A stretch of DNA of 64,000 bases. Origin: Cirrosporium novae-zelandiae. Lineage: Eukaryota. The position numbers and the translations under genes are program-made. The notes under the pieces were generated by a model that searched no databases, was not told the DNA's origin, and worked only from the letters and a program-made list of their open reading frames with translations. The stretch is from positions 62,001 to 126,000 of the forward strand of contig JAPETS010000045.1 in the NCBI GenBank assembly GCA_026023565.1. Direction: 5' to 3'. Positions 34,935 to 49,876 of this stretch are shown here, one piece after another (the first letter of the stretch is position 1; each line of letters opens with the position of its first letter).

Positions 34935-37192
34935 TCACCTCTTAGACTTAAAGAAATGATGCTTCTTTTTATCCGGATCTTTGCCCTTTTTCGAGAACTT
35001 GCCACTGGAAGTGGTAGCTGCAGCAGGGGCGGCTTGCTGTGAATTTGAGGGATGGCTGATCCCATTAGGAGCTGGGGAATTTGCGGAATTATTATTAGAT
35101 TGATTGATATTCATGGCTAACATGGCGGCCGTGGGTGGTGCAGCAGTATTTGGTTTCGACGGTTGAGCAACAGGAGCTGGCTGAGGCTCAGGCTCCCGCT
35201 CAAAGAGGTGGTCTGGTGCCCTTGGTGGTGGTCGTTCCGCGGGGATGTCTAGGCGCCTCTTGTCAACACTCAAATCCCCAACCTGGCGTAAGAAAAGGCT
35301 GGGAGTTATCATATGAGAAGTTGCAAGATACACATCCTTGGATGCAGATCTGGATATCTCATAGCAAGCCCTAGCTTCAGCATATGTTGCACCTCCTGCC
35401 ATAAAAACAATAATTCTTTGCCTTGGCTCATTAGAAGACACCCGCGCTCTAGCCCAAGTTGGCTTGGCGCTTCGCAGGGAAGACTGCGACGCGTTGTCAA
35501 AGCTGGCTCCATCAAGAGCGTCAATTTGAGGCTTGGTGAATGGATATATTGTCTGATCGAGTGATCCTCGCAATTGATTTTCGAGCATTGTTTTCAGTAC
35601 AGGTTCAAAGCGTGACAACGCTGATCCATCTTCTGGTATCGGTGGGGGTTGTTTCTTTGCAAAGAGAGGTTCTGGGGAGGGTCGTTTGTCGTTTAAGGGT
35701 TTTTCGACACGTACTCCTAGTAGATCAAAGTTATGTAATACCTCGCTGTCTTGGGGAGGTAGCTGTGCATGCGCCAAAAGCTTTTGGATATCCGCGGCAA
35801 GTAGACCATCACGGTATAATAAGTAGAGCATGATAAGTCTTAACCGGTCTGGAAACGTAATGTTCTCATCGTCCAGCAGACGTACCATCTGGTCTGCTAG
35901 GTTCTTAGGTTTTTTATAATCCTCATCAAAACCAGTTGCAATAGACTAGCAATAGCGGGTTAGTAGTTAGAATCCAACGAAGAGGCGAATTCGTACCTGT
36001 TCAAGAGATGCGAGATCTGCAAGTTTGTGTTGCTGGAACATATTCATGCATTCTTGAGCCATACCAAGGTGGAGAGAGTAGGCTTCCTTCCCTTCTTGAA
36101 ACTGTGGCAATCCGGCCAACATATCTTTAATGTTATTCAAACTGTTCGCATTATCGCCACTACATATTGATGTCAACACAAAACAAGGCACAAACTAAGG
36201 CCGGCGAGTACATACGTTTCTGCGAACTGAGGGTTCTCGGCTCGAAACTTATTGAAGTCAGCAACCAACTTCTCAAGGAGGTCCTTCATATGTAGATGCC
36301 GGTTTTCCATCCATATCTTATCCTTTTCCCCAATTTCCATTTCTTTTTCTTCTTGATTTGGACGGCCCTCATTTATAATGGTCTTATAGATAACCGAGTC
36401 TCCGTCTTTTAAGGGAAGAAGGTCATGGGCCATTGCCTGATATGTGAATTCATGGAGAAGGGGTGAGTATACATCCATTGACCTGTCGGTAATGAATAAT
36501 GCTCCACGGGGTCGAGGAGACTGGGGAGGAAAGTCTTGGTGGTACTTGGCATATTGGTCAAGCTCATCCTGCACAAATCTAGCGAGATGGGAACAAAGGA
36601 CACTAGCTTCATGAGTTGGGTTTCTCGGTCGGTAATACCGGATTACGGGATATTCTCCGAGCGTGACGCAAATAGAGACGACCTTCTGAGAAAGTTCTTC
36701 GATATGTCTTCGAACTAGATTATTGCAGGCGGGATGGAAAAGTATAGGGAAACTCCAAGGGTCTCGCAGGAGGATGAGATGGGATTCCCTAGGGAAGAAC
36801 TCGATATTCAAAATCCGAAAGTCTGCAATCTGTTCTCGTGCCATTGCGGATTTGTCTAGACGGCTTCGAAGGATTGGATCTAGCAATGAGGACCAGATTA
36901 AGAAGGTACGACGGTATCGTCGACGCTCAAAGTCAGCCATCAAACAATCAACTATGTGGGGTTGTGGAGATAACAGGTAGACGGCGTCCATATCCTTGTT
37001 CATTGGCCGTCTCTCTTCAATGAGCTCGATATTGGTGACATTTTCGTTGAGAATGTCATCTTCCTTCACCACATTGTCTACTATTTTCTTAGTTCGCTCG
37101 TCCAGCACAAGCACCTTCCATTCACCCCTGGCAGTTCCTCGGACTGCCTCCAGGATGATGTCTCTTTGGATCTGTATTGAAGATGAACCCAT
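34935..37192 (-). CDS. SEC1: Sec1/Munc18 family protein Sec1, 3 exons
   Basis: WKVLVLD, LGEYP.IRY, DRSMD...[46 protein letters not shown]; basic C-terminus. Confidence 0.93.
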
Positions 37193-37852
37193 ATTTGAAG
37201 CCTTTGCTCGATATAAACATCAGGGAGAAAACTCGTAGTAAACAGTCGTAGAAGGACAAGAGGGTTGTATTATGAATCCGTCTGGAACACGAGCATGTAG
37301 GTAGGTAGCAAGAAGGGTGGGAACAAATAGCGATCTCGAATTGTAATATTTGGTATGTAGATCAAGGGGCCTGCCCTAACATGGGACCAAATATTATCAA
37401 CCAGTTGTGAAGTTGGAATGTCGGTTTTGAAGTAATTAATTATTTTGGAAGGTCAATAAGCCAACGTTGGAAGTTTGTCCAAGTAAAAGCCCAAGGAAGC
37501 CCAAGGGTTGGTTCTAAAGATTTCCGTTTAATGGGGGATCGTCGCACGGTGTTTGCAGGGATATTAATGTTAGCTTGTCACACTTTGTTAATTAATTACT
37601 CGAAATAGCTGTAACAGTACGATACCGAGGTAGGGCTATCGATAACTGGTTGTTTGATATGTTTGACCTGTTTGACATGTTTGATCTCATTATCTTTTTG
37701 TACTTTGTACTTGGAGCTATGAAAAATGTATACCCAGCTTGCCACTATCATTGTCTTTCCTTTATCATGTACATTAATATTATCAATCCTCTTAGATTTT
37801 GACCCATTGGTTTCTTCTCTATCACTGAACTTCTTTTATCTCTTACTTCACT

Positions 37853-40326
37853 ATGCAGAAAGCCGTTCTCCCCGCTCCTCCATGCATTTTCTGTAGCTTC
37901 CGATCAATAACAGCTCGTCGCATTCCTGTACTTCAAGGTGCCAAACTCTCTCATATACGCCCCTTGTCGGCATCGACATCCTTATTGAGAGCACCCGCCA
38001 AGTCTAAACTAAAGTATGGCCATGGAAATGCTCGTATACTTCTCAATAAGGTATGCGCCTAGTCCCCTCACTCTTACAGGGCTGACTTTCTGGTTGCTAT
38101 ATAGGAAAGGCAATACCAGAAAAGACTCCACAATGGACTCACCAAGGAACTGGATGCTTCTGAAGATGATAAAATCTTCAAAGAAGCTGTACTTGATACT
38201 CTGAAAACACTCGGAGCGGCTCTCAGAAGGTCGGACATGTTACTACCTCAACTGAACAAGCCAGAGGACTTCGACAATGCTTACGAGAAATTTTCCTCTA
38301 CAATCATAGCCTTATTGTCGGGCCGGAAGCCACGCAATGTGAATTTAACAGAGAAAGAAGCAAAAGGCATCCTATTACCGATATATGAAAGCTTCCGCCA
38401 TGATGAAAAAAAAACTCTCCACAAAGCATTGGAGCGCCAATTCTTCAGAACTCTTCGCCGGTTCAATAGTAACAAGGATTTTGAGACGAACATGGCAGAT
38501 TTCAGATTCCCGGCTGAGTGGTTTCCAGGAACAAGGACTATGCAGCGTTCGGTTCATCTTCATGTCGGCCCCACAAATTCGGGAAAAACTTACCATGCGC
38601 TCAAACGCCTTCAAGAGGCAGAATCCGGAATCTATGCTGCGCCATTACGGCTACTTGCACACGAAATTTACGTTCGTCTCAACTCTAAAGGCGTGGCCTG
38701 TGACCTGATAACAGGAGATGAGCGGCGTATGTTAGGAGATAAGCCAGCTCCAATGCAAAGTTGCACTGTGGAAATGGTTCCTATAAACACAGAAGTTGAT
38801 GTTGCTGTTATCGATGAAATCCAGATGATTGGAGATAAAATACGAGGGTGGGCATGGACACAAGCATTACTTGGTGTGAGAGCAAAAGAAGTCCATCTAT
38901 GTGGCGAGGAAAGAGCTATCCCGCTGATCAAGGAGCTCGTAGCTGCAGCAGGTGACACCATCCATATTCATAATTACAAACGCCTCAATCCATTGAAAGT
39001 GATGAACGAGAATCTAAAGGGTTTGGGACAGCTACAGAAAGGAGATGCTATCGTATCTTTTTCAAAAGTCCATATACACAGTTTGAGAAAGACAATTGAG
39101 AAGAGGACTAGTAGGAGGGTTGCTATTATTTATGGAAGCCTCCCTCCGGAGATAAGGGCTCAGCAGGCTGAACTTTTCAACGACCCAAACAATGACTATG
39201 ATTTTCTTGTCGCTAGTAATGCGATTGGTATGGGACTAAACTTGTAAGTGAAATAGCCTCTGTTTATCCTATAGTTTAATAATTTCTAAATAGAAGCATC
39301 AAACGTCTCATCTTTGAATCAGTTGTACGGTTTGATGGGACCAAGCTTTCACTTTTGGAGACTTCGGAAATCAAGCAAATAGCAGGGCGTGCGGGCCGCT
39401 ACCGCACTGCTCACGAAGACAATGTTCAGACTTCCCCCGCAGATATAACAGATGGAGCGGAAGACGAAGGGTTGGGAAAGCTTAGTAAAGGGCAGCGAAA
39501 ACCCAAGCATGGAGAAGCTCCTCGCGGACTCGGCTTAGTCACAACCCTCGAGAAAGCAGACCTACCTATTGTTCGGGGGTCGATGGAAACTGAGGTAGAG
39601 CCGCTCCGGTGTGCAGGCCTCCAACCTCCCCCCTCAGCTGTCATCAGATTTGCGTCGACTTTTCCTCCAAATACTCCATTCAGCTACATATTAACTCGTC
39701 TAACAGATATATCTGTAATTAACCCCCGGTTCTTTCTTTGCGCCTTAAAAGAGGGCATAATCATCGCGGATACCATTCGGCATGTCAAGGGGCTCACTCC
39801 TATGGACCGATACATATTTTCTTGCGCGCCGGTCGGTCGAATCAACAATGAGGTAACCGTTAATGCACTAATTGCATTTGCGAAATGCGTAGGGGAGCAG
39901 AACAGCGGAGATATTCTCGATATTCCGGCGCTACCGCTTGAACTCCTAGATGTTGAACCCAACAATGCAGAGGGGTATATGGCCAAGCTAGAGGCTCTCC
40001 ATGCTTCATTAACCTTATATTTATGGCTCACTTGGAGGTTTAGAGGAGTATTCACAAATAGAGCATTGGCTTTACATATCAAGGAGTTAACAGAAGAGAA
40101 GATTGACATAACGCTGTCACAATTCTCGTCCAGCAAACGCATTCAGAAGCAACTCAACCGTCTCGTTGAGCGTGGGGCTGCTAGTAGAGCCGACAGTGGG
40201 CTTGCGGTTAAGGGCCGAGATGATAAAGAGATCATTAATTCCGATAGCCATAGCAAACCCATCGTTCCCGCCGCAGTCAATACCATTGTTTCAGAAGAGA
40301 TCCAAGATGCGATGGCCTCTGGCTAA
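37853..40326 (+). CDS. SUV3: Mitochondrial ATP-dependent RNA helicase Suv3, 3 exons
   Basis: Basic presequence; HVGPTNSGKTY, VIDEIQMI.D..RGWAWT, IYGSLPPE.R..QA..FN, AIGMGLNL|SIKR, KQIAGRAGR. Confidence 0.95.
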
Positions 40327-41239
40327 GAATGGCACATGTTTCAAGGGCAATGGGCCTCAAGCAACAGTTAATCCTATGAAATCTGCTTTGAAATAAATCA
40401 TGTCTCATAACCACGCTAAGCTTTCAACGTAGCAAGATGGGTTTTGGTTCAATACGGGTTAGGACATTGTTAGGTGATATCCTTTCGTGAAAAGTTCGGC
40501 TATGGATGGCTTGTCATAATACCCAGTCGAAAACAGCTGAACATCCATAATAATTAGCGGTTCCGGTGATATAAAATATGGAGCTGTTTGATGTTGAGAA
40601 TAACTTTAGCATAGTAGTTGTGATGTAAGATTTGTTGAAACAAATGACAGCATCTACGCTTGTATAAGGGACTCATATTTCTCGACTGAAGATTTTAACA
40701 CCTATCCCATTAATTGTGTCTATAGGCTACGCAAAACTGACCAACAACCTCTCTACTAATATGTTGCATTAATTTAATAGGACCACTGCCAGGAAAGTAA
40801 TAACGCCGTCTTTGGCCTATCCAAGCGAATAACCTTGATTCAAGGCTCTATGTAGTAGATCTTTGCGGTTATTCTTGGTGAATAGGCTAAGGCTTCATCA
40901 TCACTATATCTCTTCAGCGTAGAACTACCAAGTATCGTGTGAATGGGAACTTTGGACATCATCACTTGGTAATTGTGCAAGAACCAAAAATGGGTTTGAG
41001 GAAATTAAGTTATGTAAATTATACCTGTACTGTACAAGATATACATAGTACACAAGTACAGCTCCGTCAACCTAAAGTTTTCGTGCATAGACCACAATTG
41101 CTCCACACGCACGTGTCATACTCCGGGCTGTAGTGGATCGCCGGTGTGAAAACCTCCCGACCGCCGATTCGCGTTTCTAGTACCATCAAAATTTATTAGA
41201 GGTTTAAAGCTCTCGAGCAGTTCAGATAAATATACCACT

Positions 41240-44200
41240 ATGGGGAAGCGACTTTCTAGTGAGGCAAATTCCGAGAGGTGGCCGAAGAATCCAAAGAGAC
41301 AACGGGTTGGAGAGCCTCTACAGCCTCCTCAAGAGATCCGAGATGCCTACCATTTGCAGTCGTTGCTAGCGTTTCAGCAAGATATTGGACCTGCTGCTAA
41401 AGCTGGTATTTTTATTATTGAACTCTGATGCACTTGGATTTTTGCTAACATATATCTAGGAGTCCAATCCTTTAAGCTTCTACTCGAAGGCATCACTTAC
41501 GCTGAAGATAGCCCCGAGCGCACAAAGAAGCAAAATATCTTGGTTCAATACTGCAACATCTCAAAACCGAAGGACAACCAAGAACAACATCCTTTATACC
41601 TCCAGGATCTGGTTCAATGTTGGAGTCTTGCCGCGCAATCCAATAATGAATCCCTCCTCTCGTCAGTCCCATCCGTTCTTGCGCTGCTCCTCAAAACAAT
41701 TTCAAATATTCTCGAGCTCAGGGAATTCGGCATTGGGATCTGCAAAGGTCTACTGCTCCGAGACCAATTGAAGTTGCTGGAGAGGGGACTAGGCGCAGCA
41801 ACAACAAAAGAACATCTAATAGCACCATGTCTACGACTACTCACAGAAATCGTCTCCTTTGATGGCGGAGCTTTAGCGAAGAATGTGTATCTTCATCGAG
41901 ACACAACATATAAACGCCTGGAAGACCTTCTGAAAATGCGCAAGGAACTGACTGGTGATCCAGAAAAGGACCGTAGAAGACCGTCAATACGAACTAATGC
42001 TATTCGTTTCTTGCTTGCCAATTTCAAATTTCAGGATCAGATTGCTAAAGCCGATGTATTGGATCACTATGGAAAAATTATTAAGAGCTTTCTTCACAAT
42101 ATTAATAGTGATTCTGCTGAGGTTGCTGCAGAAATTATCAATGTACTGGAAAAGCATATTGTTCTTGACAAAGAGCTTTCAAAATTTTGCAAACGTCGGA
42201 TTTTCACTGACTGGAACCTATTAGAGTTTGCTACATTGTATACCCATGAGAACACCACTGAAGTATCACCGGGGAAGACAATACATGATATTGTGCACCA
42301 ATTTCTATCGTTGATATGTACAAAGCCAGAGGCTGGCATTCTATTACCCCAAACAGGCTGGTATCCTTCAGGTACTCATCCCGATAGGGACAGTGTCCCC
42401 GAAGAAGAAGAAGATGATGATGATGCAGAACCTGTCAATCTAGGATTGGATTCACCTTATGTTTATGAAAAATACAGAGACTCCGTACCTGTACGAAATA
42501 CAATTCTTGCTTCATTCATTTCCAGAATTCGTCCAAGTACCAATATCCTGCAAGCTGAGCTGATTCAAAAAATTTTCGAAGTTGCACCTGAACTCATTGC
42601 CAATTACTTCTTGCAAAAGAAAACTAGCCCTCTCTCAGATCCAAAAGTATCACCGTTTTGGCTCGGACATGCAGGGTTTCTTTTCTCAGCCGTCCAACTT
42701 CCAGTCCCTGCTTACTGCGGATGGACAAACACTTATCCACAAAGACCTCCGCCAGTTTCTATTGTCATCGAGAACATTCTACCGCAAGCATTGCCCCAAA
42801 AGATCCTAGCGAGATGCTTGAACCTTCATGCTGAAATAATAACTTTGTTCGGACTTCGATTGCTAGCAGCTGCTTTCGAAAAGTTGCACAGTGTTCTGAA
42901 AATATTCGCCGCTGCTGGAGAAAGAAGAATCGGATTGTGGAGTGAAGCTTCCAAGCGACTGGTTAGTGAGTTTTGTAGGAGATGTCCTAGGATGAAAGAT
43001 GTCATCTCAACATTACATAATGTACCTAAGGATGACCCCAAGCAAAGAGAAGCAGCCCTAAAACTATTAGCCTTGTACTACATGGTCGTCCCCGAAATGG
43101 CTTTGGCTGAGAAATTAGACGTCTCGATTTTGCTTTCAGAAACTCTGAGCAATGTTGGGAATACTACAGAAAAAGAAAGACGAAGCCGTTTGGTAGAGCT
43201 ACAACATTTGCTAGATATCGCTGAGAGATCGCCTGACATGCGCTGGTTTTCCAAAGGCTCGTTAACTCTCAGCCCTTTTACTACCATATTGAGGATCTAT
43301 GTCGAAGAGAAAGCTAGACAAGAAATACAAATTGATGATCTAAAGAAAGCTGAGGATACTTCGGTTGCCCTTCCTCAGATTGGATCCATTCTACAGGGGA
43401 TAGCCCAGGAACATTCAATTATTCAGAAGCAAATATCACAATCCTCCTTCTTTGCTCTTGTGGACTCACTGGCCGAAAGAAATGGTTGGAAGCCAATTGA
43501 CCACACATTTATATACCTGGACAACTGCATCCTACGATTTGTCAGAAATCCCCTTAAATATTATGACTTTCTCTCATCAATTATACCAGTACCAAAAGGC
43601 CAACCTATCAGTTTACTACTTATTGCCTTGATAGAGCAATTACCATTTGCTCTGAAGTCTGATAACGAAGTTGAAAAGGAGAATTGTGTTCGATGGTTTG
43701 GACGATTCCTGGCTTATGCAAGACAAGCTGGGGAGGACCGGGAAATTCTAAAGGCCCTTCAAAATAAGATATCTGATATGCCAGAGACAACACGTAACTG
43801 CCGCAGAGCTCTAAAAAAAGGAGTAAAGGAACAAAGACCAGGAGAAGCCACCAACGAAAACGAAACTGCAAAAGATGATGTAAATGAAAAGACCAATATA
43901 GTCAGGGCCAAGGTAGATGCCACTCAGCAAGAACTAGATGATCTCATGTTAGTTGGAACTGAAGATAAGAATCACTCTGGTTTGCGCAGATGGATGCAGG
44001 AAGAAATTCCAAACGCTGTTGAGGATGGTCATATCGGCCGGTTGATTTCATGTCTATCCTCAAAACACGAAGAAATTCGCAAACAGGCACTAATTGCTAT
44101 CCAGCAGCTCATGAGTAAACTTAAGGTTTGAAATGACCAATCCTCTTAGACGTGTATGATATGCTGACTGTAGAAGACTTCTAATTATCCTGAATGGCAG

Positions 44201-44880
44201 CAAGTCTATCTCCTCTTAGGGGAATTAACTGAAACCGCAAAAGTCGAGATATCAACTAGACCTCTCGCTCGATCCGTGTGCAGTTTTGCAAGCCATGCTG
44301 TAATGGTGGTGGCGGATCCACTACATTGTCTTTATGGGAAAATTAATGAGTTCTTGAACAGAGGCCCGTCCTGGAAGCTCAACAGGTTGGCACGATATTG
44401 GACTCGACAGATTGTGCTCCAAGAGCCAGGGCAGCCCAATTCACACAACCAAGAGATAGGATGGTTGTTGGATGTCTTCATTGAAGGACTCAGATCTGAA
44501 GAGGTATGAAGGGGGATATTTCCTCTCTCCTAGATGTAGAGGTTGCATAGGCTAATTACATTGTCCAGGACCTAGAGTTATATCGTCATTCTAGGATTTT
44601 CGAGAGAATTCTTTCTCTCTATTCCTCATCGCACATATCTGCTTTATGCAAACATAAAATAGTTCAACTACTTTATTTTGCAGTTAAAGCAGGAGGTAGT
44701 GATATGCTCATATCCCAATTTGGGGTTGCCAATTGGATTAAGATACAGCTGTCAATGAAGGATAAGCATGATGTCATTTTACACCTGACTTTTAAGGCAC
44801 TAAAGGAACAGGTGAACAAGCGAACCAGCAGCAACAGCACCTTGGGAAATGGAGCAATCGGAGATTCCCAGAAGCATTAA
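41240..44880 (+). CDS. URB1: Nucleolar pre-ribosomal-associated protein Urb1/Npa1, 4 exons
   Basis: LRLLTEIVSFDGG, RPSIRTNAIRF.L, ELIANYF...DPK.S..W, IENILP, HCLYGKIN.FL..GP.W. Last exon 44569-44880 was read by hand to its TAA. Confidence 0.85.
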
Positions 44881-45619
44881 GTGATGGGTATGGGGGGGAG
44901 GGGGGTGGGGATAGATATGGAGATGTTGATAGTAAAAAATAAAAATTAATTAAGGGACCTTAATTGCATACGTTCAAAAAGAGTTTTCCTCATTTTGTGC
45001 CTTACTACCTTTACGTAGTTGGAACTTTAGACGGGAACTCGGACTAGACTGGCCGAAGGTAGTTCTACCACTCCTCGACCTTGGCGGTCGCTTGCTTGGA
45101 GCCCCAATGCCAGCAACACACAACCTCAACACCTGTTAACTTTGTTATATCTCCAAGTAAATACCTTCCTAATAACCTTCTACCCTTGAGTAATCATATC
45201 GACTACACCTCTACCATACTACGATTACATCGCCGTATCTAAGCAGTGGAGAACCAATTCAGAGCCTCTTGTCGCCTCCAGCTATCACGCGGCTACTTGC
45301 GAGGATCAACCATCACTTCGCAGGGCCAAAGGCCTTCTTCAAGCTCACTTTATGAGCGAAGTGCCTATCTTCAACCAAACCTCAATTTACACTACGTGTT
45401 TAACATTAGTTTCTGTCGCCCCCCATCAAACCCCATTCACTAGCAGTCCAGACCTTAATCGAATCCCCTCCAGTCAACCGGGAAGCTTTCAATTAAGAGA
45501 AGGAGTACCTGAGATGAGAGAACTTTGATGAACAACTCTACAATCTAATCAATATAATTATTTACCAGGGAACAACTACAAACTCAATTTTTCTATACCC
45601 CAACTACACTTCCTTCATC

Positions 45620-48046
45620 ATGGGTCCTCAATACAAGCCAGAAGAACTTCTTCATCTTCGAGAATCACCCTTAGTTGCAAAACCAGCAAACCTTCCACCT
45701 GCGGAAGAATGGATGGGGTGAGTTGAGCTCCGGATATTCATGGTCCCCCTAAAGCTAACAGCCAATGAGCCCCCTCTTAGAACAGGCCCAGAAGAAACCC
45801 CGCGAGAGCGTTCGATCTAATGATGTTTCTACCAGAAGACCTGCTTTAACTGATGCACGCCATGTACCTCGTGGATCTAATACTAGTAGGATAATATTGA
45901 AATTAAATTTCATGGCTAAAGTTAACGGTCTACAGTTCCTGATGACATTGTACTTGGACCACCAAAAACATCCTTTGCATCTGCTTCTTCCATCCGAACT
46001 CTTCCTAAAAACCGTCCTTCATTGGACAAAGCCTTTGAACCAGAAGGCGATGAATCTGGCTCGAACGATCGCTACCATAATCGGGAGCTTTCTTGGCAAG
46101 ATAAAGACAGAAATAACAAATTTGGGGATTTATCAAGGGAATCTAGGTTTGGGTATAATGATCGGGACAGGAATAAAGAGGGCAGAGAAACTTGGTCAAG
46201 TGGAAGGTTCCGTAAGAGTTATGGTCAAAATGAATTTTCAAGATTGGTCCGAGGTACAGATACGCCGGAAGGCCAAGACCAAAATTTGAGCTACAAAGAT
46301 TCCCGGAAAGACTCTGGCTGGAGTGGTGATAGAGAACGACGAAATGGCCGTAAAGATCCACCCTGGTTTAAGGAGACAGAACCTTCAGACCATACCGAGC
46401 CTCCATTGAAGGAGAGTTCCAAACACACAGATTGGCGTGACAGACATCGTGCACCTCGAGGAGATGGGGATCGTTGGAGTAACAAGAACGAACGAGACCC
46501 TGAGTGGATGGAGAATTCTGATCGCGAGGAATCTAAAAAGGCGCATACTGCTGAAGAGTTCGAAAAATGGAAAGAGCAGTACAAGGCGTCGAACTCTAAA
46601 TCCTCGGCCGAGAAAGAGCCTCCTGTTCTGAGCTCCCCCATCCATGAAGAGCAGAGCGCCGCAAAGACCGAAACCCAGCTTGCTTTGGACCCTAATCTGG
46701 ATAAATTCTTTGGCAGTTGGACCTCCGGCCTTGGCGGAAAAGAGCCAAAAGTAGAAGAGGCGAAAGAGAAAGTCAGCAAGGAACCATTACGTGCGACCTT
46801 ACCAAAGACTTCAAGATTCACATCTCTCTTTAGTCCACCCCCTCCACCAGTAGTTCGCGACGAGCCATCTCCTATACCTCAAACTGAGAAGCGGCAGAAT
46901 GTTGAACCAGGCCCCAGTGCAGATCAAGAAGGGTTCCAGCGCATTCTACAAATGCTTGGAGGTGGAAATGCAGGTTCACAAAAATCCACACCAGTAACTG
47001 AGCAGTCTCCTTACCCCAAACCACCGGGAAACGGAGAGCCCGAGCAGGGATCGGCCAGAGCTATGCCCATGCCCATGCCCATGCCCATGCCTTCAACTTC
47101 TCAAGAACGAATCCAGGAAGAAGCTCCTTATCGAAGGCCTTCTCAAGCTCATGGAGTATCCCAGTCCCCCATGTCACCCATGCTGGAACATCTTATTAGA
47201 TCACAGTCTCCCAAGGAGACAAGCACACATAATCGCGACACGGAATTACTCCTCAAGCTAATGCAACAAGCACGCGTATCCTCCGCGCCGCTCACCCCGC
47301 AGTCTAATATTCCAGAACAGCCTCCAAGCACCAAACCTGGCATTCTTCCGATGCCTGAATACATGAACAAACCTCAAATGCAGCCAAAGGAAAGACCACA
47401 ACAGAACTTTCAGCCAGGCTTCTTTGATGACCCTGCTATTGCCGCTTCATCCCGAGGTGAGATTCCAGATCAGATCCGGAGAAGGCCGACAAACGGCAAT
47501 ATTGGAATACCCGCCGACGCGATGGCAGATTTCCAGCGCCTTCAAGTAGCAAACCCAGGCCAAAGGTCGCAAGGTCTTCCTCCAGGTTTGCAGCGCCCTC
47601 CTGGTCTAGAGCATATTCAAACCAACTGGCCAAATCATCAATTCCCTCCAATACAACAGCCTCAGATAAATCCTCCACCAGGATTTCAAAATGCGCCTCC
47701 ACGAGCCAATGCAAACAACAATGGCTTGTTTAGTCTACCACCATATGCTAATGCTAGTCCTAATGACCCAAATCCACTCCCGCCTCGCCGGGGCCCCGTC
47801 GGATTTCCTCCTCCAGGTTTTGGGCAGCCACAACCCCGTTTTAGCGCCCATGGTCTACCACCTAACTTCCAATCCATGCAGAGTCCGACTGACCCAATGC
47901 TGGGGGGTATGCCCGGCCAAGGACAGTTCGGTAGCGGAGGCGGGAATGCCCTGCCCCCCAATTTACCGCAACAGTACTATTTGGAAATGATGTTGAATGA
48001 ATCTGCACGTGGAGGTGGGCCTTTGGGACAAGGTCAGTTTAGGTAA
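45620..48046 (+). CDS. Eap1-like eIF4E-binding protein, 3 exons, largely disordered
   Basis: First exon MGPQYKPEELLHLRESPLV.KP..LPP.EEWMG contains the YxxxxL-phi eIF4E-binding motif; GPPK.SFAS, DPEWM, HT.EEF.KWKE, SRF.SLF, Pro/Gln-rich tail. Confidence 0.75.
47063..47091 (+). repeat. (ATGCCC)n hexanucleotide repeat encoding MPMPMPMPMP
   Basis: Seen directly within the Eap1-like ORF. Confidence 0.9.
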
Positions 48047-48798
48047 GGAACGGATGTTCACTCAAAGGATGGACCACCAAAGGCTTTGGAGGATAGGAAT
48101 ACTCTAGGGAGGGGCTGTAATTCTGCTACTGGGGGGAGCCATAGGACCTGCTAGACGGGTAGTGCTCAATGGGTTCACTTGAGTAGCTAGAATTTGCTAC
48201 TGAACCTTTGTGAGAATGGAAAGGGTCTGGGAGAAAGGAAAACGTTTCCGGTAGGGAGCTAGGAAAATGCAAGGAGATAAGTAGCAAGCTGGGATCCCGC
48301 TTTTGCTATTACAAAGCACCTCTATCAATGAAGTTATTCATATTCCTCCCAGTACTAGAAATTTGTATTGTTCTCTGTAATCTCTATGGACTGTATCCAC
48401 TCGACTTTGGTTGTACAGTCAGTCTGCCCTGGGTCATTTGGTGTGGTGTAGTTCATATAAAGTAGTCGGTAATTTTACGGGGATTTAAATTCTTGTAAGT
48501 TTTGTTCAGATAATGTAAAATAAATTACTAGTGAATATTTAACCGTAACTTTCTATAGAGTGAAGCTTCAACGCAAGCTTGAAGTGAACAATAATAAATA
48601 ATTGCCTCCTCGTGACCTCATAAATACCGACATTTCTCGACCAATTATTTCTTACCTCAGTTACTCTCAAGAGGCTTTTACACTAAGTCCGCTTCTCTTC
48701 TCACTGTGAATGATCATCGGATCACGAGCACCAGCTATAACTTGGGACGAACTTTTCGACAAGACGCAAACACCACACATTCATCGCCAGCTTTCAAA

Positions 48799-49876
48799 AT
48801 GAGACTTACAGCGGACTTAATCCAATCTTCCCTCTCCTACATCAATCCCCTCAAAGAGCGCGAGCTCGATCTAAGAGGTGCGTACAGCTGAAAAGAGCAG
48901 ATACTACATTTTGAGTTATGGAGCTTCATTGATATCATTATTTGGGAGAATGCAGGACACAGAATACCAGCGATTGAGAATTTGGGTGTTGCGAGAGTAA
49001 GTGATATCATAAAATTATTCTCACAATTTTTGTCTCCTTGGAGGGCTAATTAGATGATTTTGTTTGTATGTAGGACCAAGATGCCATTGACCTTACGGAT
49101 AACGATATAGCATCACTGTCGAACTTTCCTCTATCTCCTCGCCTTCATACACTCCTGCTAGCTCGGAATCGCATCATGGTCATCCAGCCGAATCTCATGC
49201 AGACGATACCTAACCTTACCACCCTCGTACTAACAGCGAACCACATGGCCGAGCTTGCAGACCTTGATCCACTAATGCGCTTTCATAAACTCACACATTT
49301 AGTGCTGATGGAAAATCCAGTCACAAGAAAAGAGGTATGTTATTTTCTGCCGTGCGGGGTACACCTTGAAGTTAGAAAATGGAGGCTCGTTATTCCACTA
49401 TGACGAGATAGGACGATATACTGATGGATATTTACCTTGCAATAGAACTATCGTTACTGGGTAATATGGCGGTGTCCTAGTGTTCGCTTCTTGGACTACC
49501 AGAGAATACGAGACGCTGAACGACACAAAGCTTCCGAACTCTTCGGCACATATGAAGAACCGTCAGAGCTAGCCTCAAAGGTAGAGGTTCCCTTCGTTTC
49601 TAACCTCCCCATAGATTGCAACTAATTTCATCTGTGCCCCAGATTATGCATATAAAATCACACACCTCCGGCGCGGTTTCTTCTACCACGGACGGTGCCC
49701 CAGTATTCACTTCGAAATCTACGCGTGTCCAGCTCACAGATGAGCAGCGAAAGCATGTGGAGAAGCTCATCCGAGAAGCAAAGAGTCTAGCAGAGATCAC
49801 CAGGCTTGAGAAAGAGTTGAACGAAGGAAGAGTGCCTGGTGGTGGATCTAGTGGAGACGTGGAGATGTCAGGTTAA
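48799..49876 (+). CDS. LEA1: U2 snRNP protein A' (LRR), 5 exons
   Basis: MRLTADLIQ.S.SYINPLKERELDLR|GHRIPAIENLGVA, DAIDLTDNDI, NPV.RKE|NYRYWVIWRCP.VRFLDY, LAEITRLEKEL. Confidence 0.95.
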
